Shown here in pieces: positions 1-9,094 of a DNA stretch of 32,000 nucleotides. Source of the stretch: a bacterium (GTDB lineage: Bacteria; UBP7; UBA6624; JBBIMK01); assembly GCA_037444445.1 (NCBI GenBank), contig JBBIMK010000001.1, positions 120,001 to 152,000 of the forward strand, given 5' to 3'. The position numbers and the translations under genes are program-made. The notes below the pieces were generated by a model. It was not told where the DNA came from. It worked only from the letters and a program-made list of their open reading frames with translations, and searched no databases. How positions within the stretch are numbered: position 1 is the stretch's first letter; each line of letters starts with the position of its first letter.

Positions 1-792
1 GGCTCCGTGGTCGGAAACAATGAGAACGGTGGTGCCTTCATCCAGAAGGGCAAGAATCTCACCCACCTTTTCATCCAGAAAGGCGTAATAATCAGGAATG
101 GCATTTTGGAAAGGATTGCCTGGCTGAAATTTCGGGTGGGTTTCATCAAAAAACTTCCAGAAGCCGTGGTGGATCCGGTCTGTGCCCATCTCAACGAAAA
201 CTGCCAGGTCCCACTCTTTTTCCATAAGCAGATATTTCAACACCTGAAAGTGGATCTCGGTTATATCGTAAATCTGCTGGAGGAGTTGTGATTTATTTTC
301 CGTACGAAAATCCCTCACATCAGTGGGATAGGGGCGAGCAAAACGGGATTCAATTTCCTCTTTTAACTCGGGTGGATAGGTGTATGAGAATGGATTATCG
401 GGCGTAAGAAAACAGGAAATTAAGTTTCCACGAACCATGGGAGGAGGGTAAGATGGAGGAACTCCTATGAGAAGGGAGGATTTCCCTGCGTCCGACAGGG
501 CATTCCAGAGAGTTTTCGCCCGTAAAGAATGAGAGGTGGCAAATTGGAGTGCCTCATAAGAGTAATCCTTGCGGTTGCGAATTCCGTAGATGCCCAGATG
601 CCCGGGAGTCAAGCCCGTGAACATACACGCCCATGCGGGAATCGTGATGGGCGGGATAATACTTTGTAAGGGGCTGTAAATCCCGCCCTCCATCAGGTGG
701 CGAAAGTTCTTCAGCCGGCTGGCATGTCTGGGAGAGAAAACGATTTCAGGTGGAGCGGAATCCAGCCCGACAACGAGCACACGATTTCTCAT
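1..792 (-). CDS. alkaline-phosphatase-superfamily protein (type I phosphodiesterase / nucleotide pyrophosphatase-like); 3' end runs off the window
   Basis: Absent from the ORF track because it has no stop inside the window. My reverse-strand translation from ATG 792-790 reads MRNRVLVVGLDSAPPEIVF..PPITIPAWACMFTGLTPGHLGIYG..GTDRIHHGFW..TVLIVSDHGA, open to position 1 (264 codons). The GLDS, T-x-P..TG..P..HG, DRxHH and SDHG patterns fit the AlkP/NPP fold. Starts 7 nt after the metK stop. Confidence 0.6.
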   Translation of the reverse strand, partial: MRNRVLVVGLDSAPPEIVFSPRHASRLKNFRHLMEGGIYSPLQSIIPPITIPAWACMFTGLTPGHLGIYGIRNRKDYSYEALQFATSHSLRAKTLWNALSDAGKSSLLIGVPPSYPPPMVRGNLISCFLTPDNPFSYTYPPELKEEIESRFARPYPTDVRDFRTENKSQLLQQIYDITEIHFQVLKYLLMEKEWDLAVFVEMGTDRIHHGFWKFFDETHPKFQPGNPFQNAIPDYYAFLDEKVGEILALLDEGTTVLIVSDHGA

Positions 793-799
793 GCAGAAA

Positions 800-2011
800 T
801 TACAGAGGGCAATCCTCCAATAATTCTTCGGCTTTATCCGTAGATTCCCACGGGAGGTCTAAATCATCTCGCCCGAAATGGCCATAAGCCGAGAGGGGGG
901 TATAAATGGGCTGACGGAGATTTAACTCCCGGATAATGGCTCCAGGACGAGGGTCAAAGTGATCGTTCACCAGTTTTTGAATTCGTTCCATAGGTAAGCG
1001 ATGAGTTCCAAAGGCTTCTATGTGAATGGAAGTCGGTTTTGCGACACCAATGGCATAGGAAATCTGAACCTCACATTCCTGGCAGTAACCCGCTGACACG
1101 AGATTCTTGGCTATATAGCGAGCGTAATAACTTGCTGAGCGGTCCACTTTCGTTGGGTCTTTCCCCGAGAACGAGCCCCCCCCGTGGCGGCAGTATCCAC
1201 CGTAGGTGTCCACGATAATTTTTCGCCCGGATAGCCCGGTGTCCGCACTGGGGCCCCCCTGAACGAATCGGCCAGTAGGGTTCACTAAAAATTGGGTATG
1301 GGAGTGTAGCATTTCTGCAGGTATAGTTTTTCGCACCACCTCTTCCAGGATGCCTTCCTTCAATTTCGTAGGGCTCACCTCAGGGGAATGTTGAGCCGAG
1401 ATGAGAACATGCTCCACACTGACGGGTTTTCCGTGCTCATACCGCACGGTAACCTGAGTTTTTCCATCCGGTCGTAAAAAGTCCAGGATTTTTTCTTTGC
1501 GTACAAAAGCCAGGCGTCGAGCCAGTTTGTGTGCCAGATATATGGGCATGGGCATCAGCATTTCCGTCTCCAGGCAGGCATAACCGAACATAATACCCTG
1601 GTCGCCTGCTCCCAGCGCCAGCAAGTCGTTAGTTAATTCTTCAGGATGGGTGCGCGCCTCCAGAGATTTATCCACTCCTCTCGCTATATCTCTGGACTGT
1701 TCTTCAATAGAAACCATCACACCGACATTATCTCCATCAAACCCATACTTTGCTCGGGTATACCCCACCGAGTTGATGGTTCTACGCGTGATGCCCGGGA
1801 TGTCCACATAAGTTTTTGTGGTGATCTGGCCTGCCACAATCACCAGGCCGGTAGAAACCAGCACTTCCACGGCAACACGAGCCGGCGGGTCATCCATCAA
1901 AATAGTATCCAGAATCGTGTCAGCAATTCGGTCTGCCAGTTTATCCGGATGCCCCTCCGTGACAGATTCAGAAGTAAAGAGATAGGATGCCTGAGGGCTT
2001 ACAATACTCAT
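800..2011 (-). CDS. metK: S-adenosylmethionine synthetase
   Basis: 403 aa. Hallmark motifs GHPDK, GAGDQG, DTYGG and GGGSFSGKD, with full-length colinearity to MetK. ATGA overlap with the rpe stop. Confidence 0.97.
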   Translation of the reverse strand: MSIVSPQASYLFTSESVTEGHPDKLADRIADTILDTILMDDPPARVAVEVLVSTGLVIVAGQITTKTYVDIPGITRRTINSVGYTRAKYGFDGDNVGVMVSIEEQSRDIARGVDKSLEARTHPEELTNDLLALGAGDQGIMFGYACLETEMLMPMPIYLAHKLARRLAFVRKEKILDFLRPDGKTQVTVRYEHGKPVSVEHVLISAQHSPEVSPTKLKEGILEEVVRKTIPAEMLHSHTQFLVNPTGRFVQGGPSADTGLSGRKIIVDTYGGYCRHGGGSFSGKDPTKVDRSASYYARYIAKNLVSAGYCQECEVQISYAIGVAKPTSIHIEAFGTHRLPMERIQKLVNDHFDPRPGAIIRELNLRQPIYTPLSAYGHFGRDDLDLPWESTDKAEELLEDCPL

Positions 2012-2718
2012 GTTTGCTTCCTCCTCTGCTCTGCTTTCTTGAGAGATTGCTGAAGGGAGCGCACAGCCTGCGGGATATTCGGGGCGGAAAAAATGGAATG
2101 TCCGGCGATGAAGATGTCGGCGCCTGCACGGCGTAGAAGCCCCACATTGCCGGGGTTAATTCCACCATCCACTTCAATTTCTTTCTTCACGCCGGTTCGG
2201 TGTAAAAGCCTGCGCAGTTGTTGAACTCGCTCCACGCTCTCGGGTAAGAACGATTGCCCTCCGAAGCCTGGATTTACCGTCATCACAAGGAAGAAATCAG
2301 CACGGCCTAAAATAGGGGAGAGCGCCTCTACGGGGGTGCCGGGATTCAGCGCCACCCCACCCTGTATCCTGTTTTCCTGAATCAGGGTCAATGCCCGGTG
2401 AATGTGGGGTGTTGCTTCCAGATGGACAGAAATTTTCTCCACTCCTTTTTGAAAAAATAAAGGGAGCAAGGCCTCCGGTCTCTCTACCATCAGATGAACA
2501 TCCAGAGGAGCGTATCCTTTTCGGCTCAGACATTCCACTATCGGCACTCCGATAGATATATTGGGCACGAAATGTCCGTCCATCACATCAATATGAAGCA
2601 AAGAGGCACCTCCCTTTAGAGTCAGGAGAATTTGCTCTTCCAGACGAGTGAAGTCAGCGGAAAGAAGCGATGGAGCTATCCGAAATTCAGCCACTCGCTC
2701 ACCCCTTTTCCATCTCAC
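2008..2718 (-). CDS. rpe: ribulose-phosphate 3-epimerase
   Basis: [38 protein letters not shown] and VDGG motifs. The ORF-track start is a GTG. An internal GTG at 2694 (VAEFRIAPS), preceded by GGGGTGA, is an equally plausible start. Confidence 0.92.
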   Translation of the reverse strand: MRWKRGERVAEFRIAPSLLSADFTRLEEQILLTLKGGASLLHIDVMDGHFVPNISIGVPIVECLSRKGYAPLDVHLMVERPEALLPLFFQKGVEKISVHLEATPHIHRALTLIQENRIQGGVALNPGTPVEALSPILGRADFFLVMTVNPGFGGQSFLPESVERVQQLRRLLHRTGVKKEIEVDGGINPGNVGLLRRAGADIFIAGHSIFSAPNIPQAVRSLQQSLKKAEQRRKQT

Positions 2719-2826
2719 TCACATCACCCTTTCAAGTCCTCCACCGCTAAAAATCATAACCACATAATAGATTACCACAAAAGGAAAATCACAAGGAGGG
2801 AATGTGAAGTGCCTATCCTTCGTATT

Positions 2827-4653
2827 TCAGGGAAGGGACTCGGAAGCCTGCCAGCGGAACTCCTCTTTGCGAATCAATTCCTCATTCCAGTATACTTCAA
2901 AAACGGCATCCGATTGGAAGGACACGGGGAAGAAAAAATCCACTCCACCCGCATATTTTTTGTCGTGTAGAACACGCTTCCCCAGTTTGTCCTCCTGGAA
3001 GATTGTCAATCTCCCCAGAGCCACTTCATCAGTGTTCCCCTCCGCTTTTTTTACCTCAGGGAGATGTATCCGAAGGAAGGATTCTCCCCACTCTTTCGCG
3101 GATTTTTCCACTGTAATAGAGACTGCGGTGTTCAAGGAAACCATTTCGCCGGCTTTCGGCGCCTGGGACACCACCTTGACAGTCGTGGCATCTTTTCGGT
3201 ATATCCAGGTGATTTCTCGGAGGACAAGCCCTTGAGACCGGAGGGTAGATTCAGCCGTATCTGCGTCTTTTCCAGTAACATCCGGGGTCGGCAAAGAAAC
3301 TTCTTCACCCCCCGAACTCACGTCCAGGTCCACGGATGAACCCGCCCTCACCTCCGTCCAGGGCGCAGGGGATTGCCCGACCACCCAGCCACGGGGGAGA
3401 TTGGATGAAACATATCGGATATTACCCGCTTTAAGTCCCATTCTCTCTAACTGACTCTGGGCATCTTCCAGAGTATAGTCCTTCACATCGGGGATGCGAA
3501 TCATAGGATTTCCTTTGCTTAAAATCACTTTCACTTCCTGCCCTCTGGATAGAAGTAACCCAGTATGAGGCTCCTGAGAAATGATATATCCCTTTGGCTG
3601 GTGAGTGCTGTATTCCTCTCCCTGAATGGTCAGTTTCAAGCCCATAGGGCCCAATAAAGCCTTCGCTTCCACGGAATCTTTTCCTAATAGATTCGGGACT
3701 TTTACCCGGTCGGTAGAGGCGAGGAAAAAGCGGTAAAATCCCAGGATTATCGCTCCGATGCCGAGGAGAAGGGAAAGAAAAACAGCCCAGAAGAAACTTC
3801 GGAGCATAAACGAAGTGGCTTTTTTAACCGTGATTTTGGGGCGGGGACGACGCTGGTGGGATTCCGCCAGCAGAACCTTCACGGCTCCACGAACCTCCAC
3901 CGGGTCCAGGCTCCTCTTGTTAGGTTCAAACGAGAGCAGGGTGCCAAGCAATCCCCGTAACCCCGCCGGGAAGTGTTCCATTTCTTCATTTTCTTCAGTG
4001 CGAGAGCCTTCCAGAAGAAGTTTCTGAGAGGGGCGTCCAAACTGGTCGCTAAACGGATGCTTTCCAGTCAAAAATGTGTAGAGCATAGCACCCAGAGAAA
4101 AATAATCCGATTCTTTCTGAACATCGCCGGAAGCAATAACTTCCGGGGCAGAATACAACATGGCACGATACGGTAGTTCCGCACCACTCCGAATCAATTC
4201 CCTCTTCAGCAGGCTCTCGCACGGGAAATCCATCAATAACAATTTCTCGTCCGGTGTTATCACAAAGGATGCCGGTGTGAGGAAGCCATGAACCAGAGAA
4301 TGGGAATGCAGGAATGACATAACTTCCAGCATTTGAAGGAAAGATTGTAAAGCCTGGGGAACGGAAAGGGTGCGAACTTCGCGAAGGAAGTTAGAGAATG
4401 GACGGGATTCCACCCAGGAATGTCGGAAGAATAGTTTATCGCCATATTCTACCAGCCCACGATAAGGTAGCCAGTTAGAGTGTGAGAGGGACTCCAGGGA
4501 TTTTAACCAGGTTTGGTAGGGGCGGATGAGAGGAAGCAAGCGAGCAGATTCCGCTCCCATAAATAAGGATTCTTCCCCCTGATAAATCCCCTTGAATAAT
4601 TTTAAGAACTGGCGGGCGCCCAATTCCCTTTGTAAAAGAAGGTCAGGCTCCAA
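2827..4653 (-). CDS. membrane protein with a Hanks-kinase-like (predicted catalytically dead) N-domain, one TM helix, three PASTA repeats and a C-terminal beta-rich tail
   Basis: 608 aa. Kinase-fold markers YSAPE, DYFSLGAMLY and FEPNKRS are present. TM helix SFFWAVFLSLLLGIGAIILGF. Three ~65-aa PASTA-like repeats (VKVPNLLGKD.., IRIPDVKDYT.., LPTPDVTGKD..). The catalytic loop reads HGFLTPAS and DFG reads DFP. Sits in the prkC slot between fmt and rpe. Confidence 0.8.
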   Translation of the reverse strand: MEPDLLLQRELGARQFLKLFKGIYQGEESLFMGAESARLLPLIRPYQTWLKSLESLSHSNWLPYRGLVEYGDKLFFRHSWVESRPFSNFLREVRTLSVPQALQSFLQMLEVMSFLHSHSLVHGFLTPASFVITPDEKLLLMDFPCESLLKRELIRSGAELPYRAMLYSAPEVIASGDVQKESDYFSLGAMLYTFLTGKHPFSDQFGRPSQKLLLEGSRTEENEEMEHFPAGLRGLLGTLLSFEPNKRSLDPVEVRGAVKVLLAESHQRRPRPKITVKKATSFMLRSFFWAVFLSLLLGIGAIILGFYRFFLASTDRVKVPNLLGKDSVEAKALLGPMGLKLTIQGEEYSTHQPKGYIISQEPHTGLLLSRGQEVKVILSKGNPMIRIPDVKDYTLEDAQSQLERMGLKAGNIRYVSSNLPRGWVVGQSPAPWTEVRAGSSVDLDVSSGGEEVSLPTPDVTGKDADTAESTLRSQGLVLREITWIYRKDATTVKVVSQAPKAGEMVSLNTAVSITVEKSAKEWGESFLRIHLPEVKKAEGNTDEVALGRLTIFQEDKLGKRVLHDKKYAGGVDFFFPVSFQSDAVFEVYWNEELIRKEEFRWQASESLP

Positions 4654-5587
4654 AGGCTTCCCCCGATGCTGGACGAGCTCCTAAAAGCCACTCTTGCCCG
4701 TTCATACGCTTTTTCCCCTCGGTCTGAATTTCCAGAACCTCCAGGATTCCTCTGCCAGTTCCCACTGAAAGGGTGTGCCTTTGTGGCAGGATTTCGCCCG
4801 GATGCGAAACCGTATCGTGGGCTATAACGCGGGTTTTCCAGATTTTTACCCGATGGGAGCGAAAAGAAGTGAACGCTCCTGGACGCGGGTTCAAAGCCCG
4901 AACCTGGTTGTGAATGTCCTCTGCCTTTCTATCCCAGTGAATTCGGGTTTCTTCTGACTGAAGTTTCGGCGCATAGGTGGCCTGAGATTCATCCTGGGGC
5001 ACACCTCTCACTCTACCTTCCACAGCTAATTGATGAAGCAGGCGTAGAAGCAATGGAGCACCTTCTCGGAAGACTTTTTCCAGCACATCGCCTGTCGTAT
5101 CTTCTGGAGTTATGGGAAAAGCGGACTGGGATAGAATTGGCCCTGCATCCATCTCACGGACGAGGCGAAAAAGAGTCACACCCGTTTGAGTTTCTCCATT
5201 CATCAAGGCTCTCTGCACAGGAGCGGCTCCACGATATTTCGGCAATAAGGACGGATGTAGATTGATGGAACCCAGAGGGAATTTCGCTAAAAGAGAATCT
5301 GGAATGAACCTGCCAAAAGAAACGACCACCAGAACATGAGCCTGGAATCCCTGGATTCGTTCTTGAACCTGCGGGTCCTTGAGTGAAACGGGTTGAAGAA
5401 CCGGGATGTCATTCTTTTTTGCTTCTTCTACCAGCGGAAGAGGTCGAACCTGAAGATGACGCCCCCTTGGCTTATCCACAACACACAGAATTGCCTTCGG
5501 ACGACATCTCTCCGTCAGTAGCCACTGGAATATTTTCAATGAAAGTTCATCACTTCCAGCATAGATGAAATCCGGATACTCCATCAT
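4643..5587 (-). CDS. fmt: methionyl-tRNA formyltransferase
   Basis: 314 aa. Has the NLHPSLLPKYRG motif, the N-terminal formyltransferase domain and the C-terminal Fmt domain. ATGA overlap with the def stop. Confidence 0.95.
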   Translation of the reverse strand: MMEYPDFIYAGSDELSLKIFQWLLTERCRPKAILCVVDKPRGRHLQVRPLPLVEEAKKNDIPVLQPVSLKDPQVQERIQGFQAHVLVVVSFGRFIPDSLLAKFPLGSINLHPSLLPKYRGAAPVQRALMNGETQTGVTLFRLVREMDAGPILSQSAFPITPEDTTGDVLEKVFREGAPLLLRLLHQLAVEGRVRGVPQDESQATYAPKLQSEETRIHWDRKAEDIHNQVRALNPRPGAFTSFRSHRVKIWKTRVIAHDTVSHPGEILPQRHTLSVGTGRGILEVLEIQTEGKKRMNGQEWLLGARPASGEAFGA

Positions 5588-6081
5588 GCAAGGGAAGAAA
5601 GAACCTGGACAGGAGGTTCCTCTTTTTCTTCCACATATCGGAGGCTACCCGGCTCTGCGCGGTCAGTAATCAGAATTCCCTCCAGATGGTCTATTTCGTG
5701 CTGAAGAACCCTGGATAGAAGTCCATCTGCTTCCACGGTGACTTTTTTCCCTTTCAAGTTCAACCCTTTCACAGTTACCCGGGAATGACGCTTCACGGTG
5801 CCATATAAACCGGGCAGGCTCAGGCAACCTTCCATGTCATAATCTTCACCGGAAAAAGAAACGAGGGAAGGATTGACCAGAGTGAAAGGTTCAGGCTCCA
5901 GATTGACCACAATCACCCGGAGGCTTACACCGACCTGTGGAGCCGCCAGTCCCACACCCCCTGCTGATTTTACCGTTTCAATCATATCCTCTGAGAGTTT
6001 TCGTATCGTTTCATCTATCCGATTTACCTTTCTGGCAATTTTGCGTAAAACAGGATGATTTTCTCCTTTTAGAATCTCCAT
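5584..6081 (-). CDS. def: peptide deformylase
   Basis: 165 aa. All three PDF motifs are present: GVGLAAPQ, EGCLSLPG and QHEIDHLEG. Confidence 0.96.
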   Translation of the reverse strand: MEILKGENHPVLRKIARKVNRIDETIRKLSEDMIETVKSAGGVGLAAPQVGVSLRVIVVNLEPEPFTLVNPSLVSFSGEDYDMEGCLSLPGLYGTVKRHSRVTVKGLNLKGKKVTVEADGLLSRVLQHEIDHLEGILITDRAEPGSLRYVEEKEEPPVQVLSSLA

Positions 6082-8135
6082 TCTCTTTCCATCTCCGGTG
6101 GCGAATCGGAATCCACTTGAACTTCACTTCTTACGGGAAGCGTGCGAAGATAATTGCGGAAGCCCTCCATTTTGAGTCTGTGGAGCCACTCCCATCGGGG
6201 CGCTTTCACCAGAATTTGGACCTGGTGAGAACGCCCGACACTTTGCCAGTCCAAAGGACCAAGGATTTGTATTCCATCCTCTTTCCTATGCTCCAGCCAG
6301 TGCACGATTTTCCGACTTTCCTGTTTCAGCCTTCGCATCTCCTCGCCCCATAAAGATATTTTAAGCAAATGAACAAAGGGAGGAAAGAGTAGACGGGAAC
6401 GAAGCGAAATCTCTCGGTCATAGAAACTCAATAAGTTGCCTGCTTCCAGGGCACGAACCAAATACAAAGTGGGAGAATAAGTTTGAAGATAGGCGCTGGA
6501 TTCGGTCCGGAAGAAATACAGAAAGGCGAAGAGGGCTTTTTCGGAAGAGGAATACTCAGGAAATCCCCAGAAGTGCTCACCGAAAAGCACCACACGAAAA
6601 GCATCTCGGGGTAAGTCCTCCACGAGAACGAGGAGAGTTGCCACGAGGGCAGAAGGACCTTCCGCACCAATGAATTCAGCAAGAATTCTCTCTTGTTGTT
6701 CTTCGGTAGGAGCCACATCAGAATCCAAAGAGTAAATTGAGATATCGGGGAAGAGCCTGCGGAGTTCACGAACCACTCGCTCCCTTCCCGCACCTTTTTC
6801 GTTGAGTTGTGAACTACCACACTCCGGGCACTTTGCAGAAGCCCTTTCAATTTCCTCAAGGGAACAGCGGCGACAAAGGATTTTCTGCCTTTCCCGGGAT
6901 AGCACCAGTGAACTTCCACACCGAGGGCAGGATAGTAAGTAGCCGCAGGACTTACACAACAGAGAACTGTAGCCTCGCCGTCCCACCAGAAAAATCCCTT
7001 TTTCTCCCTGGCTCCACAGTCGTTTTAACTCTTCGTGAAGAGGCACGGTAAGTAAGTAGGAAGAACGCTTCTCACGAAGTGAAAAAATCTTCACGGACAG
7101 CCTCTGATTCAGCCTGGACTTCTCCCCATCTGACAACTGTAAAAAGGTGCTCACACTGGGTGCAGGGGCAAACAGCCAGAGGGGAACCTTCCTCATTTTC
7201 GCTATTTGCTTTGCCACTTCATCTGCGTGATATCGGGGATACCTCTGATGCTCATAGCGGTCGTCCTTTTCCCTGTATATCCAGATTTCTTGCAAACGCG
7301 GGAAGGGGGCGAAAACGATACTCCGGGACCCGAGATAAATTCCAGGTTTCCCTTCACGAATGCGTTGCCATACCTGCTCCCTTTCTTGAGGGGCCACGCC
7401 AGTATGATACACAAAGGCTTCCTCTGAAATGCGATAGCGGAGGAAGGCGAGGAGCCTCTTTTCCGGTGCCAGAATCAGCACTTGCCCTCCCCCTCGGACA
7501 ATCGTTTCTGCTCTACTAAAATCTCCTTCATCGGGCTCTGGCTTCCAGAAAAGGGCATATCCTCCCCCCTCTTGAATTTCCTGAAGATGGATTCCCACAG
7601 AAGCCTGAAGGTTCCTCACAGAGAAGTGAGTTTCTATGGCAATTTTCTGGCTCTTCGCCATCTGTCGTAAGAACCGAATTGAAAGGCGTGGTGGACAGAC
7701 TCGTTTTAGATGTTGGAATGAGAGGAATCCTTCTGAAGGGAGGGCATTCAGGATACGAAGTTCATTCTCGGAAGCAGGGAATGTGTTTTTCCCCTTGCCG
7801 ATATACATCGTTTTCTGAAAATGAATCCCCGGGGGAAGAAATAAGGGAAGCACTTCTCCGAGGGTGAAAAAAAAACGCTGAGACATCCACTCCATAAGAG
7901 AGAGGGTGAAAGGGTGAAAAAGGGGGTGATGGGAAAAGATTCTATATAAGGGTTTCAAGGATTTGCCTCTGACGGGAGGTGCCTGTGTTTTTACCACTAC
8001 ACCCAATTGAAACTGTTTGCCAAAGGGCACCTCCACCAGAGTTCCGGAGTGGATGGCTTCATCGGGTGTAATATAGGTATAAAAGCGGTCCATCCGGGAA
8101 CCCAAAATCGCTACCTGGACGCGGGGAAGCCTCAT
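6069..8135 (-). CDS. priA: primosomal protein N' (PriA) homolog with degenerate helicase motifs
   Basis: 688 aa, colinear with PriA. N-terminal 3'-DNA-binding region is present. The Cys-rich region is intact (CKSCGYLLSCPRCGSS..CRRC..CPECGS, 8 Cys). Sits in the conserved position upstream of def-fmt. Walker A, DExH, SAT and motif VI positions are not conserved (see findings). Confidence 0.85.
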   Translation of the reverse strand: MRLPRVQVAILGSRMDRFYTYITPDEAIHSGTLVEVPFGKQFQLGVVVKTQAPPVRGKSLKPLYRIFSHHPLFHPFTLSLMEWMSQRFFFTLGEVLPLFLPPGIHFQKTMYIGKGKNTFPASENELRILNALPSEGFLSFQHLKRVCPPRLSIRFLRQMAKSQKIAIETHFSVRNLQASVGIHLQEIQEGGGYALFWKPEPDEGDFSRAETIVRGGGQVLILAPEKRLLAFLRYRISEEAFVYHTGVAPQEREQVWQRIREGKPGIYLGSRSIVFAPFPRLQEIWIYREKDDRYEHQRYPRYHADEVAKQIAKMRKVPLWLFAPAPSVSTFLQLSDGEKSRLNQRLSVKIFSLREKRSSYLLTVPLHEELKRLWSQGEKGIFLVGRRGYSSLLCKSCGYLLSCPRCGSSLVLSRERQKILCRRCSLEEIERASAKCPECGSSQLNEKGAGRERVVRELRRLFPDISIYSLDSDVAPTEEQQERILAEFIGAEGPSALVATLLVLVEDLPRDAFRVVLFGEHFWGFPEYSSSEKALFAFLYFFRTESSAYLQTYSPTLYLVRALEAGNLLSFYDREISLRSRLLFPPFVHLLKISLWGEEMRRLKQESRKIVHWLEHRKEDGIQILGPLDWQSVGRSHQVQILVKAPRWEWLHRLKMEGFRNYLRTLPVRSEVQVDSDSPPEMEREWRF

Positions 8136-9094
8136 CCGCCTGACTTCGTTTCTTCTTCTCCTGGGGGTTGAAGATAGTCTCTAATTAAACTGACCTTGAA
8201 CTCCACCGGTGTCTGATTCATAATGTTCCGAAACCATTCCTGAATATAAGGCTCAATTTCCTGGGCTTCCAGTTCCTTTCGTATCAGTTCCTTCACTTCA
8301 CCGAGAGGGGGCTCATAGAGAGGGATCAATTGAATTAACTTGATAAAGATGGTAATTTCGCCCACTTTCACTTTTTTCACGCCCTCACCGGGAGTCATCT
8401 TGAATACCTCATCCAGAAGGGCGGCGGGGAATCCATCCCGCTCCAGAAGGAATCGGGGACGAGGAGGACCGGTATCAAAGTTCACTCGCCCTACAGAATC
8501 TCTATCTTCCGAATACTTCTGCGCCAGCTCTTCAAAGTCGGGGCTCTCCTTCAGTGCTTTTTCCACCTCTGCCACCTTTTTGGCATCCTGAAGTAGAATA
8601 TACTGGAAACGAACCTGGGGAGGACGCGTGTATTTCTTGATGTTTTTCACATAATGCTGGCTGACCTCGGCATCTGTCACAGTAATTTTGTGCTCCTGAA
8701 CGATTTTTTGTCTTTCCTGCTCCACCCGTTTGTTCCGAAGAATAGTATCCGTGATGTAATCTCGCAGGACCTTCTCGGGAAAGATTTCCAGAAATTTTTT
8801 ATATCGGTCGTCGCCTTTCGTGTTGATGTTCTCGTTGATATATTTTTGAATTTCCTCTTCCGTAACTTGCAGGCCTTCTTTTTTCGCCTGATTGACGATA
8901 ATTTTATCCGCCACATATTTATCCAGGACGCGAGCCAGAAGGGTCGGGTCATCCTCCAGCATCAGCAGAGTCACGCCGGTCATTGTGATGGACTCATTTC
9001 CTATCTCTACCACGACGGTATCCTGTGCAAGAGCCGACATAGTTCCTGTGCATGCCAACATCAGCCATAGCATCAGAATCCTGTAGCGTTTCAT
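8132..9094 (-). CDS. periplasmic SurA-N/PpiC (parvulin)-family chaperone-like protein
   Basis: Signal peptide MKRYRILMLWLMLACTGTMSALA|QD, a SurA_N-like helical region, then a parvulin-like domain (DFEELAQKYSED..). I prefer the ATG at 9094, which forms an ATGA overlap with the coaBC stop, over the ORF-track start at 9118. Confidence 0.72.
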   Translation of the reverse strand: MKRYRILMLWLMLACTGTMSALAQDTVVVEIGNESITMTGVTLLMLEDDPTLLARVLDKYVADKIIVNQAKKEGLQVTEEEIQKYINENINTKGDDRYKKFLEIFPEKVLRDYITDTILRNKRVEQERQKIVQEHKITVTDAEVSQHYVKNIKKYTRPPQVRFQYILLQDAKKVAEVEKALKESPDFEELAQKYSEDRDSVGRVNFDTGPPRPRFLLERDGFPAALLDEVFKMTPGEGVKKVKVGEITIFIKLIQLIPLYEPPLGEVKELIRKELEAQEIEPYIQEWFRNIMNQTPVEFKVSLIRDYLQPPGEEETKSGG

